From assembly GCA_015709315.1 (NCBI GenBank), contig JACCQI010000001.1:98435-162434 (forward strand): a stretch of 64,000 nucleotides of DNA, in the 5' to 3' direction. Both the position numbers and the translations under genes were made by a program. Positions 40,964 through 49,632 of this stretch are shown here, piece by piece; positions within the stretch are counted from its first letter, which is position 1; each line of letters opens with the position of its first letter. A model generated the notes under the pieces. That model saw nothing but the letters and a program-made list of their open reading frames with translations, made no database searches and had not been told where the DNA came from. Source of the stretch: Desulfovibrionaceae bacterium. Its GTDB lineage: Bacteria; Desulfobacterota; Desulfovibrionia; Desulfovibrionales; Desulfovibrionaceae.

Positions 40964-41113
40964 GTGCTCCTCCTGTTTGTCGGTGGAATCATCGTCATCG
41001 CGGCGTAGGTTGTTGCTCCTTAGCCCGACGGCCGTTCTTTGGGGAGAACGGCAGTTTTTAACGGAATTTTTTCTAGGCGTGAGTGTTATATGGACGCCGA
41101 ATTTTAATACTCC

Positions 41114-41129
41114 GTACCACTTTGTGGTA
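41114..41129. promoter_or_regulatory. Palindrome GTACCAC-TTT-GTGGTA in the divergent BCCT/oxidoreductase intergenic region
   Basis: TACCACTTTGTGGTA has perfect 6-bp arms. It shares the GTACCAC half-site with the site at 41394..41409. Confidence 0.35.
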
Positions 41130-41331
41130 AACGTAGGGCAACACGCGGATGATGTCAATGGCCTTTTTAAATTGTCTCGGTACAGTTCTCATAGGTCTGG
41201 TCGTATAGAAAAACCGCACTGGCATTGGGTTCAAGCTGACACTTCATATATTTAAGAGGCCGTAGATTTGTTGGAGATTGGGGTTGACGGGAATTTATGC
41301 GTGAGATAGTGTTCGAAAAAATGGAACTAGA

Positions 41332-41346
41332 TACCGTAATTCGGTA
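41332..41346. promoter_or_regulatory. Palindrome TACCG-TAATT-CGGTA
   Basis: Perfect 15-bp palindrome that fits TACC-N7-GGTA, like the site at 41115..41129. Confidence 0.35.
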
Positions 41347-41393
41347 CGCAATTCGACAGGTCAAGGACGGCAAATTTTTTTTACGCTTTTAAA

Positions 41394-41409
41394 TGGTACC
41401 TCGTACCAC
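41394..41409. promoter_or_regulatory. Palindrome TGGTAC-CTC-GTACCA(C), about 55 bp upstream of the oxidoreductase operon start
   Basis: Perfect 6-bp arms. It contains the same GTACCAC heptamer as 41114..41120. Confidence 0.35.
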
Positions 41410-41462
41410 GATGTGAAATTTAATTGCTTGGACGAACCGTAACAAATTCCATTGAGGTGAAT

Positions 41463-42533
41463 ATGACTCAGGAAACTTTGTTTTTGAAAAACACGGAAAC
41501 CTTTGCCGAGAGCTTGGCCCGTTGCGGAGTGAAATACCATTTCGCATACCCCATTACTCCGGCAACGGACGTCATGAAGAGGATGGCGGTCATCCTGCCC
41601 CAGTACGGCGGGCAGATGATGCAGATGGAAAGCGAGTTGGCGGTGTCCAGCGCGCTGGCCGGCGCGGCCTGCACCGGCAAGCTGGCGGCCACCTCCAGCT
41701 CCGGCCCCGGCCTGACCCTCATGCATGAGGCCATCGGCTTCATGTGCGCTGCGGAACTGCCTTGCATCGTCTTCGACTCCATGCGCGTCGGTCCCGGCGA
41801 CGGCGACATCCTGGGCGCCCAGAGCGACTACTACGTCGTCACCAGGGGCGGCGGGCACGGCGACTACCACACCATCGTGCTGGCTCCGTCCTCCGGGCAG
41901 GAGATCGCCGACATCATGCCCCACGGCGTGCGCCTGGCCTACAAGTACCGGGCCCCGGTCCTGTTCGTGCTCGACGGCGTGAGCGCCCAGACGACCGAAT
42001 CCACGACCCTCCCGGCATACAACGACTATTCCGCCGAGTTCGACACCTCCGAGTGGGCCTTCACCGGCACCAAGGATCACGCGAAGCGCGCGCTCATCAC
42101 CGGCAGCTACACCCACCAGGACGGCTACGAGATGAACGAGATGCTTCGCGCCAAGTACGAAGTGATCCGCAACAACGAACAGATGTGGGAGCAGGAGCAG
42201 GTCGAGGATGCGGAACTGGTCGTCGCCGCCTTCGGCATCCACGGCCGCATGTGCCGCGACATGGTCGCCAAGATGCGGGCCGAGGGCAGGAAGGTCGGGT
42301 TCATCCGGCCCATCACCCTGTGGCCTTTCCCGGACAACGCCTTCGAGGCCCTGCCGGAATCGGTGAAGAACATCCTGGTGGTCGAGATGAACCACGGGCA
42401 GATGGTCGATGACGTCCGGCTGGCGGTCAACGGGCGCGTTCCCGTTCACTTCATGGGCAAGACGGGCGGTGACCAGCCCATGCATACCCTGGCAGAAATG
42501 ATCACCGAAGCAAACAGAATCCTGGGGGAATAA
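41463..42533 (+). CDS. 2-oxoacid:ferredoxin oxidoreductase, alpha subunit
   Basis: Trimmed to MTQETLFLKNTETFAESLARCGVKYHFAYPITPATDVMKRM. The AYPITP motif is typical of OFOR alpha subunits. Confidence 0.85.
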   Translation: MTQETLFLKNTETFAESLARCGVKYHFAYPITPATDVMKRMAVILPQYGGQMMQMESELAVSSALAGAACTGKLAATSSSGPGLTLMHEAIGFMCAAELPCIVFDSMRVGPGDGDILGAQSDYYVVTRGGGHGDYHTIVLAPSSGQEIADIMPHGVRLAYKYRAPVLFVLDGVSAQTTESTTLPAYNDYSAEFDTSEWAFTGTKDHAKRALITGSYTHQDGYEMNEMLRAKYEVIRNNEQMWEQEQVEDAELVVAAFGIHGRMCRDMVAKMRAEGRKVGFIRPITLWPFPDNAFEALPESVKNILVVEMNHGQMVDDVRLAVNGRVPVHFMGKTGGDQPMHTLAEMITEANRILGE

Positions 42534-42536
42534 CTC

Positions 42537-43298
42537 ATGGAAAATCTCAGCTCTAAATACGGAAAAACCTTAAATCTGGACAAGTTGACCAGTTATTGCC
42601 CCGGCTGCGGGCACGGCATCGTGACCAGGCTTGTGGGCGAGGCCATCGAGGAACTGGGGGTCATGGAAAGGACCATCGCCGTCGTGGGCATCGGTTGTGG
42701 CGGGTTCTCCCACCACTACATGGACATCGACGCCATCGAAGCCACTCACGGCAGGTCTCCTTCCTTCGCCGTCGGCTACAAGCTGGCCATGCCGGAAAAC
42801 ATCGTCTTCACCTACGCGGGCGACGGCGACACCTGCGCCATCGGCCTCGGCGATCTCATGCATGCGGCCAACAAGGGCATGCCCATCACCACCATCATGG
42901 TCAACAACACCGTGTTCGGGATGACCGGCGGCCAGATGTCTCCCACCACCCTCGAAGGGCAGGTGACCGCCACTTCGGTCAAGGGCCGCGACATCTCCTC
43001 GCAGGGCTATCCCCTTCTGGTGCCGGAAATGATGCAGTCCATGGCCGGAGTCAAGTACCTGGCCAGGGAGAGCGTTGATTCCCCCAAGGCCATCCGCAAA
43101 GCGAAAAAAAGCATCAGGAAGGCATTCGAATGCCAGGTCAAGGGGCTGGGCTACGCCTTCGTGGAAGTCATCGTTCCCTGTCCGACCGGCCTCAAGATGC
43201 GGGTCAAGGACTCCTATGAACGGTGTGCCAACGAAATGACCGACTATTTCAAACCTCAGGTCTTCAAAGATGAAACGGAGCAAGGCGATGTTGCATAA
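42537..43298 (+). CDS. 2-oxoacid:ferredoxin oxidoreductase, beta (TPP-binding) subunit
   Basis: YCPGCGHGI, the GIGC cluster Cys residues and the TPP motif GDGDTCAIGLGDLMHAANKGMPITTIMVNNTVFGMTGGQ. Confidence 0.9.
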   Translation: MENLSSKYGKTLNLDKLTSYCPGCGHGIVTRLVGEAIEELGVMERTIAVVGIGCGGFSHHYMDIDAIEATHGRSPSFAVGYKLAMPENIVFTYAGDGDTCAIGLGDLMHAANKGMPITTIMVNNTVFGMTGGQMSPTTLEGQVTATSVKGRDISSQGYPLLVPEMMQSMAGVKYLARESVDSPKAIRKAKKSIRKAFECQVKGLGYAFVEVIVPCPTGLKMRVKDSYERCANEMTDYFKPQVFKDETEQGDVA

Positions 43299-43827
43299 AT
43301 GTATGTTTTCCGGGTCCGGCGGCCAGGGATCCGCGCTCATGGCGAAGATGGTCTGCCTCGGCGCAATCAAGGAAGGTCTCAAGGTCGTCATGACCCAGAC
43401 CTACGGCATTGAGCAGCGCGGCGGCGATTCCACCGCCTTCGTGATTGTCTCCGACGAGCCTATCGGCAGCCCCATCGTGGAAAACGATGCGGACATCGCC
43501 GTGGCCCTCAGCCAATCCATCTACGGCAACTGCTTCGAGGGCGTGGTCCCCGGCGGCACGCTCTTCACCAACACCTCGATCGTCGAGGAACCCGGTGATG
43601 CCGAAGGCTTCGAGCAGGTGCTCCTCCCCGTGTCCGACACCGCCGTGGAGCTCGGAACCGTTCGGTGCGCCAACATGGTGATGCTGGGCGCAGTGCTCGG
43701 CAAAACCGGGCTGCTGAAGCTGGAAACCGTGGAGGAAGTCGTCCGGGAGTCTTTCGGAGCGAAGAAGCCGAAATTGGTGGATCTGAACATTGAAGCGTTG
43801 CGTACCGGCTTCGCCGCAGTGAAATAA
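43288..43827 (+). CDS. 2-oxoacid:ferredoxin oxidoreductase, gamma subunit
   Basis: MFSGSGGQGSALMAKMV…MTQTYGIEQRGG. The start is ATG 43288 (11-nt overlap with beta) or ATG 43303. Confidence 0.85.
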   Translation: MLHKCMFSGSGGQGSALMAKMVCLGAIKEGLKVVMTQTYGIEQRGGDSTAFVIVSDEPIGSPIVENDADIAVALSQSIYGNCFEGVVPGGTLFTNTSIVEEPGDAEGFEQVLLPVSDTAVELGTVRCANMVMLGAVLGKTGLLKLETVEEVVRESFGAKKPKLVDLNIEALRTGFAAVK

Positions 43828-43838
43828 GGAGTTTGAAA

Positions 43839-44051
43839 ATGGCTGAAAAACGTCATGTTATCGATGCCCGCCGCTGCAAATCCTGCGAGTTGTGCGTGGA
43901 AAAGTGCCCCAAGGGCGTTCTCGAACTCGGAAGCGCGATCAATGGCCAGGGGTACAACTATGTTGTGCAGGCACACCCCGAGAAATGCGTGCTTTGCGAC
44001 ATCTGCGGGATCGTCTGCCCTGATATGGCTATTGGTGTCGTCGTCGAATAA
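43839..44051 (+). CDS. 2x[4Fe-4S] ferredoxin-type delta subunit
   Basis: ATG at 43839, 7 nt after AAGGAG (the track used TTG 43833). Cluster motifs CKSCELCVEKCP and CVLCDICGIVCP. Confidence 0.85.
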   Translation: MAEKRHVIDARRCKSCELCVEKCPKGVLELGSAINGQGYNYVVQAHPEKCVLCDICGIVCPDMAIGVVVE

Positions 44052-44108
44052 TACTGCAATCCCATCCCCGGAACGCTCCGGGGATGGGACTTTTCAAGGA
44101 GTTTTCCC

Positions 44109-46256
44109 ATGAGTGATCTGGTCCCTCTGTTTCAACCCAAAAGCGTCGCCCTGATCGGTGCTTCTTCCAACTCGAAGAAGTACGGCTACTGGACGGCGAA
44201 AAGCCTGGTTGAAAATAAATTCGAAGGGGATATCTATCTCGTTTCCCGTTCCGGCGGAGAGCTGTTCGGCCAGCCGACCTACCCGGACATTCTTTCCGTT
44301 CCCGGCGAAGTCGATCTGGCGATCATCGCCATTGCCCCCAAGTTCATCCTGCCGGTCATGGAGCAGTGCGTGGAGAAGGGCGTCAAGTGCGCCATCGTGG
44401 TCTCCACCGGGTTCGGCGAAGTCGGCCCGGAGGGCAAGGAGCTTGAACGGCAGATGCTGGAAATCGCCCGCAAGGGCAACATGCGCGTACAGGGTCCCAA
44501 CTGCATGGGCACCTACAGTGCGGCCAAGAGCATGAATGCGAGCATCATCGACCTCGCGCCCGGCCCCATGAGCCTGGTTCTCCAGAGCGGCAACTTCGGC
44601 ATCGACATCAACTTCAACGCCAAGTCCAGGAACCTCGGCTACAGCTGCTGGGCCACCATCGGCAACCAGATGGACATGCGGTTCCACGACTTTGTCGAAT
44701 ACATCGAGACCGACGACAACACCAAGGTCCTTCTCCTGTACATGGAAGGGCTTCGCGTCGAGAGCGAGGAAGACGGCCGCAAGTTCCTCGAGGCCGCCCG
44801 GAAGACCGCCGTCAAGACGCCCATCGCCGCCATCAAGATCGGCCGGAGCGCCGCAGGCGCCCGCGCCGCCGCCTCCCATACCGGATCCCTGGCCGGCAGC
44901 GAAAAGATCTTCGACGCCGCCCTCAAGCAGGCGGGCATCATCCGTGTGGACAGCCCCGGCCAGCTTTTGGACGCGGCCGAGGCGTTCTCCAAGTGCAAGC
45001 CCGCAAAGGGCAACCGCATAGCCATTCTGACCGACGGCGGCGGGCACGGCGTCATGGCCACCGACTTTGCCGAGAAGTTCAACCTTGAAGCGCCGGTGCT
45101 TTCCGAGGCCACCCAGGCCAAGCTGCGGGAAATTCTGATGCCGCATTGCCCCATCAGGAACCCGGTGGACCTGGCGGGCACGCCCGAAGCGGACATGTGG
45201 GTCTTCGACCGCTGCCTGGAAGTCCTTCTGGACGATCCGGACGTGGACGGCATCGTCATCGTGGGATTGTACGGCGGCTACGCCGACCTGTCAGAGGAGT
45301 TCCGCGTTCTGGAAATGGACGTGGCCAAAAGCATGGTCGAAAAGATCGCCGCGGGCGACAAGGCGGTCGTCATGCACTCCATTTACGAGCCCCAGAATCC
45401 CGAATGCCTGAACTACATCCGCGAAAACGGCGTTCCGGTCTTCGGCGAAGTGGATGCCGCCGTGCGGACCATGGGATTGCTTTCCGGCTACAGTGACATT
45501 AGGAAGGCCCTGCAGGAGGAAGCCGGCGAGGAATTGCCGGAAATGCCTTCCGACCGCAAGGAAAAGGCCGCGGCCATCATCGATGCCGTGAGGACGGCCG
45601 GGCGCGTGAATCTCGTCGAGACCGAGGCCCGGGAAATCCTGCGGTGCTACGGCCTCAAGATCACCGAGGACTATCTGGCCACCAATGCGGACGAAGCCGC
45701 CGAGTTCTACCGGAAGATTGGCGGCAAGGTGGTCATGAAAATCGTGTCTCCCGACATCCTGCACAAGACCGATGCCGGCGGCGTGGCCCTGGGCATCGAG
45801 TCCGAGGACAAGGCGCGCGAAGCCTTCGACCAACTGGTCAAGAATGGCCGCCGGTACAGGTCCGATGCCGACATCTTCGGCGTCATGATGACCGCCATGC
45901 TTCCGGCCGGCGTCGAGTGCATCATCGGTTCGAGCTATGACAACACCTTTGGACCGACCGTCATGTTCGGCCTCGGCGGCATCTTCGTCGAGATCCTCAA
46001 GGACGTGGCCTTCCGGGTGGCTCCGGTGAACATGCCTTCCTGCCGGAGCATGGTCCGCGAGATCAAGGGCCTGGGAATGCTCCAGGGCGCACGCGGCAGC
46101 AAGCCCTGCGACCTGGAGGCGTTGGCCGAAACCGCCTGTGTCATTTCGCATCTCGTGAACGAGCTGCGCGACATCGCGGAGGTCGATCTCAACCCCGTAT
46201 TCGCACAGGAAAAGGGCCTGGCCATTGCGGACGCCAGAATCGTCCTGCACGACTAG
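44109..46256 (+). CDS. ADP-forming acyl-CoA synthetase (fused alpha/beta; NDP-forming acetyl-CoA synthetase family)
   Basis: CoA-binding N-terminus PKSVALIGASSNSKKYG, succinyl-CoA-synthetase-like ligase domains including the phospho-His segment SHTGSLAG, and a C-terminal ATP-grasp domain (VVMKIVSPDILHKTDAGGV). Confidence 0.85.
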   Translation: MSDLVPLFQPKSVALIGASSNSKKYGYWTAKSLVENKFEGDIYLVSRSGGELFGQPTYPDILSVPGEVDLAIIAIAPKFILPVMEQCVEKGVKCAIVVSTGFGEVGPEGKELERQMLEIARKGNMRVQGPNCMGTYSAAKSMNASIIDLAPGPMSLVLQSGNFGIDINFNAKSRNLGYSCWATIGNQMDMRFHDFVEYIETDDNTKVLLLYMEGLRVESEEDGRKFLEAARKTAVKTPIAAIKIGRSAAGARAAASHTGSLAGSEKIFDAALKQAGIIRVDSPGQLLDAAEAFSKCKPAKGNRIAILTDGGGHGVMATDFAEKFNLEAPVLSEATQAKLREILMPHCPIRNPVDLAGTPEADMWVFDRCLEVLLDDPDVDGIVIVGLYGGYADLSEEFRVLEMDVAKSMVEKIAAGDKAVVMHSIYEPQNPECLNYIRENGVPVFGEVDAAVRTMGLLSGYSDIRKALQEEAGEELPEMPSDRKEKAAAIIDAVRTAGRVNLVETEAREILRCYGLKITEDYLATNADEAAEFYRKIGGKVVMKIVSPDILHKTDAGGVALGIESEDKAREAFDQLVKNGRRYRSDADIFGVMMTAMLPAGVECIIGSSYDNTFGPTVMFGLGGIFVEILKDVAFRVAPVNMPSCRSMVREIKGLGMLQGARGSKPCDLEALAETACVISHLVNELRDIAEVDLNPVFAQEKGLAIADARIVLHD

Positions 46257-46290
46257 CCATCATATCAACCTTTAATGAAAGAGTTGCATC

Positions 46291-47616
46291 ATGAAAGACG
46301 TAAAGCTTTTCCCCACTACCACCGGCCAGAGCTGGCTGGAAATGTCGGCTTACAAGAATCATGCGTTCAAGGACGCCTCCGCCATCAAGGATGAATACGA
46401 TTTCGTGGTCATCGGCGCGGGCTACGGGGGACAGGCTGCGGCCAGGCATTTGTCCGAACTGCATCCGGATTCCAAGATCGCCGTCTTTGAAGCGATCAGG
46501 ATCGGCGACAACGACAGCGGCAAAAACGCCGGCTTCATCATCGACGTTCCGCACGACTTCGGCGACCAGGGGGCCTCTTCCTTTGAAGAGAACAAGAAAT
46601 ACTTCGAGTTGAACACCTTCATCATCAAGTGGATGGAAGACACCATCAAGAACAACGGGATAGAAGATGTCGACTGGGATCACTGCGGAAAGTATCTCTG
46701 CTGCGCGGAGGAAAAAAGCTTCAAGCTGATCGAGCACGAAGTCGATGAACTCAAGCGGATGAACTGCTCGTACGAGGTCGTCGAGGGAGAGGAACTGCGC
46801 CGCCGCACCGGCACCTCCTACTACAAGAAGGCGCTCTACACCGCCGGAACCGTGCTCATCAACCCTGCGGACGTCCTGCGCGGCCTGTTCTCCGTGATGC
46901 CCGAAAACGTGGATGTCTTTGAAGAGTGCCCGGTCATGCGCATCGACGAAGGCAGCCCGACCAGCATCGCCCTGCGGAACGGAAAGCGGGTCAAGACCAA
47001 GTTCGCGCTGGTTACCGGCGGCCCCTTCATCCCCCAGTTCGGCATCGGCAACAAGGTGTTCTGCCCCGTGCTTTCCTACGGCGCGTTCACCCGTCGGTTC
47101 ACCGATGAGGAGATGCGGCATTTCGCAGGCGTCAAGCCCTGGGGCTGCACCGCCGGCCATCCGGCGGGCACGACCGTCCGCTTCACCCGCGACAACCGGA
47201 TCTTTGTCCGCAACGGGTTCTCCTTTGCCACCCATCTCACCACGTCCCACCAGCGCATCCAGCGGGCCATCCCCAAACTGCGCAAGGCGTACGAAAACCG
47301 TTACCCGGAACTCAAGCACGTCAACTTCGAGTACGTGTATGGCGGCATGATCAACATGACCATGAACTTCCGTCCCCTGATGATGCAGCAGAACTCCACC
47401 GTTTTCGCTTCCGCCAGCGGCGAGGGAGCGGGCGTGGCCAAGACCAGCCTGTGCGGATACTACCTGGCGGAATGGGTCAGCGGCATGTTCAGCGACGAAC
47501 TGACCTTCCTGCGGAACATCTCCACGCCCAAGCGCCTGCCGCCCGAGCCGTTCCTCACCATGGGCGCCGAAGCCAGGCTCATGATTGAAGAGTTCTGCGC
47601 CAAGAAAGAAATCTAA
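46291..47616 (+). CDS. FAD-dependent oxidoreductase (DAO / amine or amino-acid oxidoreductase family)
   Basis: Dinucleotide fold DFVVIGAGYGGQAAA. The length (441 aa) and overall pattern resemble glycine/D-amino-acid oxidase-type or PuuB-type enzymes. The substrate is unknown. Confidence 0.75.
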   Translation: MKDVKLFPTTTGQSWLEMSAYKNHAFKDASAIKDEYDFVVIGAGYGGQAAARHLSELHPDSKIAVFEAIRIGDNDSGKNAGFIIDVPHDFGDQGASSFEENKKYFELNTFIIKWMEDTIKNNGIEDVDWDHCGKYLCCAEEKSFKLIEHEVDELKRMNCSYEVVEGEELRRRTGTSYYKKALYTAGTVLINPADVLRGLFSVMPENVDVFEECPVMRIDEGSPTSIALRNGKRVKTKFALVTGGPFIPQFGIGNKVFCPVLSYGAFTRRFTDEEMRHFAGVKPWGCTAGHPAGTTVRFTRDNRIFVRNGFSFATHLTTSHQRIQRAIPKLRKAYENRYPELKHVNFEYVYGGMINMTMNFRPLMMQQNSTVFASASGEGAGVAKTSLCGYYLAEWVSGMFSDELTFLRNISTPKRLPPEPFLTMGAEARLMIEEFCAKKEI

Positions 47617-47708
47617 CCCCCTCACCCTAGCCAGCTCCTGGTCAACCGGAAGGATGCCGCGCCCCCGGCATCCTTCCGGCAGGAGCCCCACACTCCAAGG
47701 AGGACGAA

Positions 47709-48086
47709 ATGGAATTCATCAATTCCCCGGAATCAGCTGAAGTCGTAGGCCCTTACAGCCATTGCGTGAAGGCCGGAAATACCTATTACACATGCGGTCA
47801 GGTTCCCTTCCACCCCGTGACCGGCGAGGTCGTCGGCCTGACCATCAAGGAACAGGCTTTTCAGACCCTCATCAATCTGAAGATGGTTCTGGACGCGGCC
47901 GGACTCGCAATCTCGGACATAGTCAAAGTGAATGTTTTTTTGACCAGCATGGACGACTTTGACGGGTTCAACGAAATCTATGCCGACTTCATGGGAAACC
48001 ATCGCCCGGCACGCATGTGTTTGGCGGCCGGTGAAATCGCCCACGGCTGTCTGCTGGAGTTGGATGTAATCGCCTGCAAGGAATAG
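47709..48086 (+). CDS. ridA: RidA (YjgF/YER057c/UK114) family enamine/imine deaminase
   Basis: VVGPYSHCVKAGNTYYTCGQVPFHPVTGEVVG…VKVNVFLTSMDDFDGFNEIY…PARMCLAAGEIAHGCLLELDVIA. Confidence 0.9.
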   Translation: MEFINSPESAEVVGPYSHCVKAGNTYYTCGQVPFHPVTGEVVGLTIKEQAFQTLINLKMVLDAAGLAISDIVKVNVFLTSMDDFDGFNEIYADFMGNHRPARMCLAAGEIAHGCLLELDVIACKE

Positions 48087-48142
48087 TTGCGTTGAACTAA
48101 AATGCAATTATTTCAATTAATTTATTACCGAAAACGAGGTCA

Positions 48143-49495
48143 ATGATGGCACCTAACGGACAGAACTGTATCAGTTTTGAAGATGCTCCTTTTTCCCCCG
48201 TTCATAAGAAAATCGCAGTGGGCACCTTCATGGGCCAGATTTGCGACGGGTATATCCTCGGCATTGTCGGCATTGCATTGTCTTACGCAACGGGCGCTCT
48301 CGGCCTGGACAGTTTCTGGATGGGGCTGATAGGAGCCGGTGCCCTCTTCGGAATTCTCTTCGGAAGCCTGCTCACCGGCATCATCATCGACCGCATGGGC
48401 AGAAAGGCGGCTTACACTCTCGTATCGATCATCATTCTTGTCCTGTCCGTCGCTCAGTTCTTCATTTCGGACGCGACGATTCTGGTGACGGTCCGGTTCC
48501 TTCTCGGCATGTGCGTCGGCGCGGACTACACCGTGGGCGTCGCCCTGCTCAGTGAATGGACTCCCGAAAAAATCCGCACCAAGATGATGAGCTGGCTCAT
48601 GGCCGCCTGGACCTTCGGATACATCATCTCCTACTTTGCCGGTTTCTTCATCGCCTCCCTGGGCGATCTCGGCGACAACGGATGGCGTTGGATCATCAGT
48701 TCCTCCGCCGCGTTCGCGGCGATCACCCTGGTCCTGCGCCTGGGTTCCCCGGAATCCCCGTCCTGGGTTCAGGCCAAGAAGGGCGCGGGCGCCGCCCTGG
48801 AGCTGATTCATCGGTACATCGGCAAGAATTACGCCTTGCCCGAAGTGAAGGAAGAAGCCAAATCCGCCTCCTTCTTCAGGCTGTTCAGCCCGGAGTTGTG
48901 GCGCAACACCGTTACCTCCTGCACCTTCTTTCTGTGTCAGGTCCTTCCCTTCTTCGCCATCTCCATCTTCCTGCCCGTGGTCGTCGAGGGCCTTCACATC
49001 TCCAACCCCCACGCCTCCGGCATGATGTACAACGGCTTCACCATGGTCGGCGTCATCATCGGCATCCTGATTGCCGGGAAGATATCCCGCCGCGCGTTCC
49101 TGATGTGGACGTTCTACGGCGCGGGTGCAATCCTGGCCGTCATGACCGTCTGGCAGGGCATGCCGGCCACCATGGCCTTCATCCTGCTGGGCGCCTTCTC
49201 CACCGTGCTCGCCATCTCCATCGTCGCCGAATGGCTGTATCCGCCGGAACTCTTCCCCACGGAACTCCGTGGTTCCGGCGTGGGCCTGACCATTGCCGCA
49301 AGCCGCATCGGCGCGGGCATGGGGACCTGGATGCTTCCGGTCGTCACCGAGCAATACGGCGTTACGGTCACCCTGGCATGCTGCATCGCGGCCCTGGTCC
49401 TCGGCGGCGTCGTCTGCCAGCTCCTGGCTCCCGAAACCTCGCCCCGGTTTGTTTCCCGCAAATCGATCGGCGCGGCCAGCTGCGCAAAAGCGTAA
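48143..49495 (+). CDS. MFS transporter (metabolite/sugar:H+ symporter-like)
   Basis: Twelve hydrophobic segments. MFS motif A GIIIDRMGRKAAY and a second-half motif PELFPTELRGSGVG. Confidence 0.85.
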   Translation: MMAPNGQNCISFEDAPFSPVHKKIAVGTFMGQICDGYILGIVGIALSYATGALGLDSFWMGLIGAGALFGILFGSLLTGIIIDRMGRKAAYTLVSIIILVLSVAQFFISDATILVTVRFLLGMCVGADYTVGVALLSEWTPEKIRTKMMSWLMAAWTFGYIISYFAGFFIASLGDLGDNGWRWIISSSAAFAAITLVLRLGSPESPSWVQAKKGAGAALELIHRYIGKNYALPEVKEEAKSASFFRLFSPELWRNTVTSCTFFLCQVLPFFAISIFLPVVVEGLHISNPHASGMMYNGFTMVGVIIGILIAGKISRRAFLMWTFYGAGAILAVMTVWQGMPATMAFILLGAFSTVLAISIVAEWLYPPELFPTELRGSGVGLTIAASRIGAGMGTWMLPVVTEQYGVTVTLACCIAALVLGGVVCQLLAPETSPRFVSRKSIGAASCAKA

Positions 49496-49516
49496 GGACA
49501 TACGATATAACCTCCA

Positions 49517-49552
49517 GGCAATGCCCTCCGGTTTCGGCTGGAGGGCATTGCC
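49517..49552 (+). terminator. Rho-independent terminator ending the catabolic operon
   Basis: 13-bp perfect stem ggcaatgccctcc / ggagggcattgcc. The T-tract that follows is weak (GCCCCCGTTTAT). Confidence 0.6.
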
Positions 49553-49632
49553 GCCCCCGTTTATCAGCCCAGAACAAGCCGTCGTTCCCGCGGGACAGTG
49601 CCGTCACGGGGTTTTTGAAGCCGGAGCAGAAC

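Noticed and set aside
48556-49632. N-terminal 359 codons of the 747-aa ORF that ends as lpxB
   Set aside because: This part overlaps the MFS transporter gene out of frame and crosses a terminator hairpin. LpxB homology begins only at the GTG at 49633.
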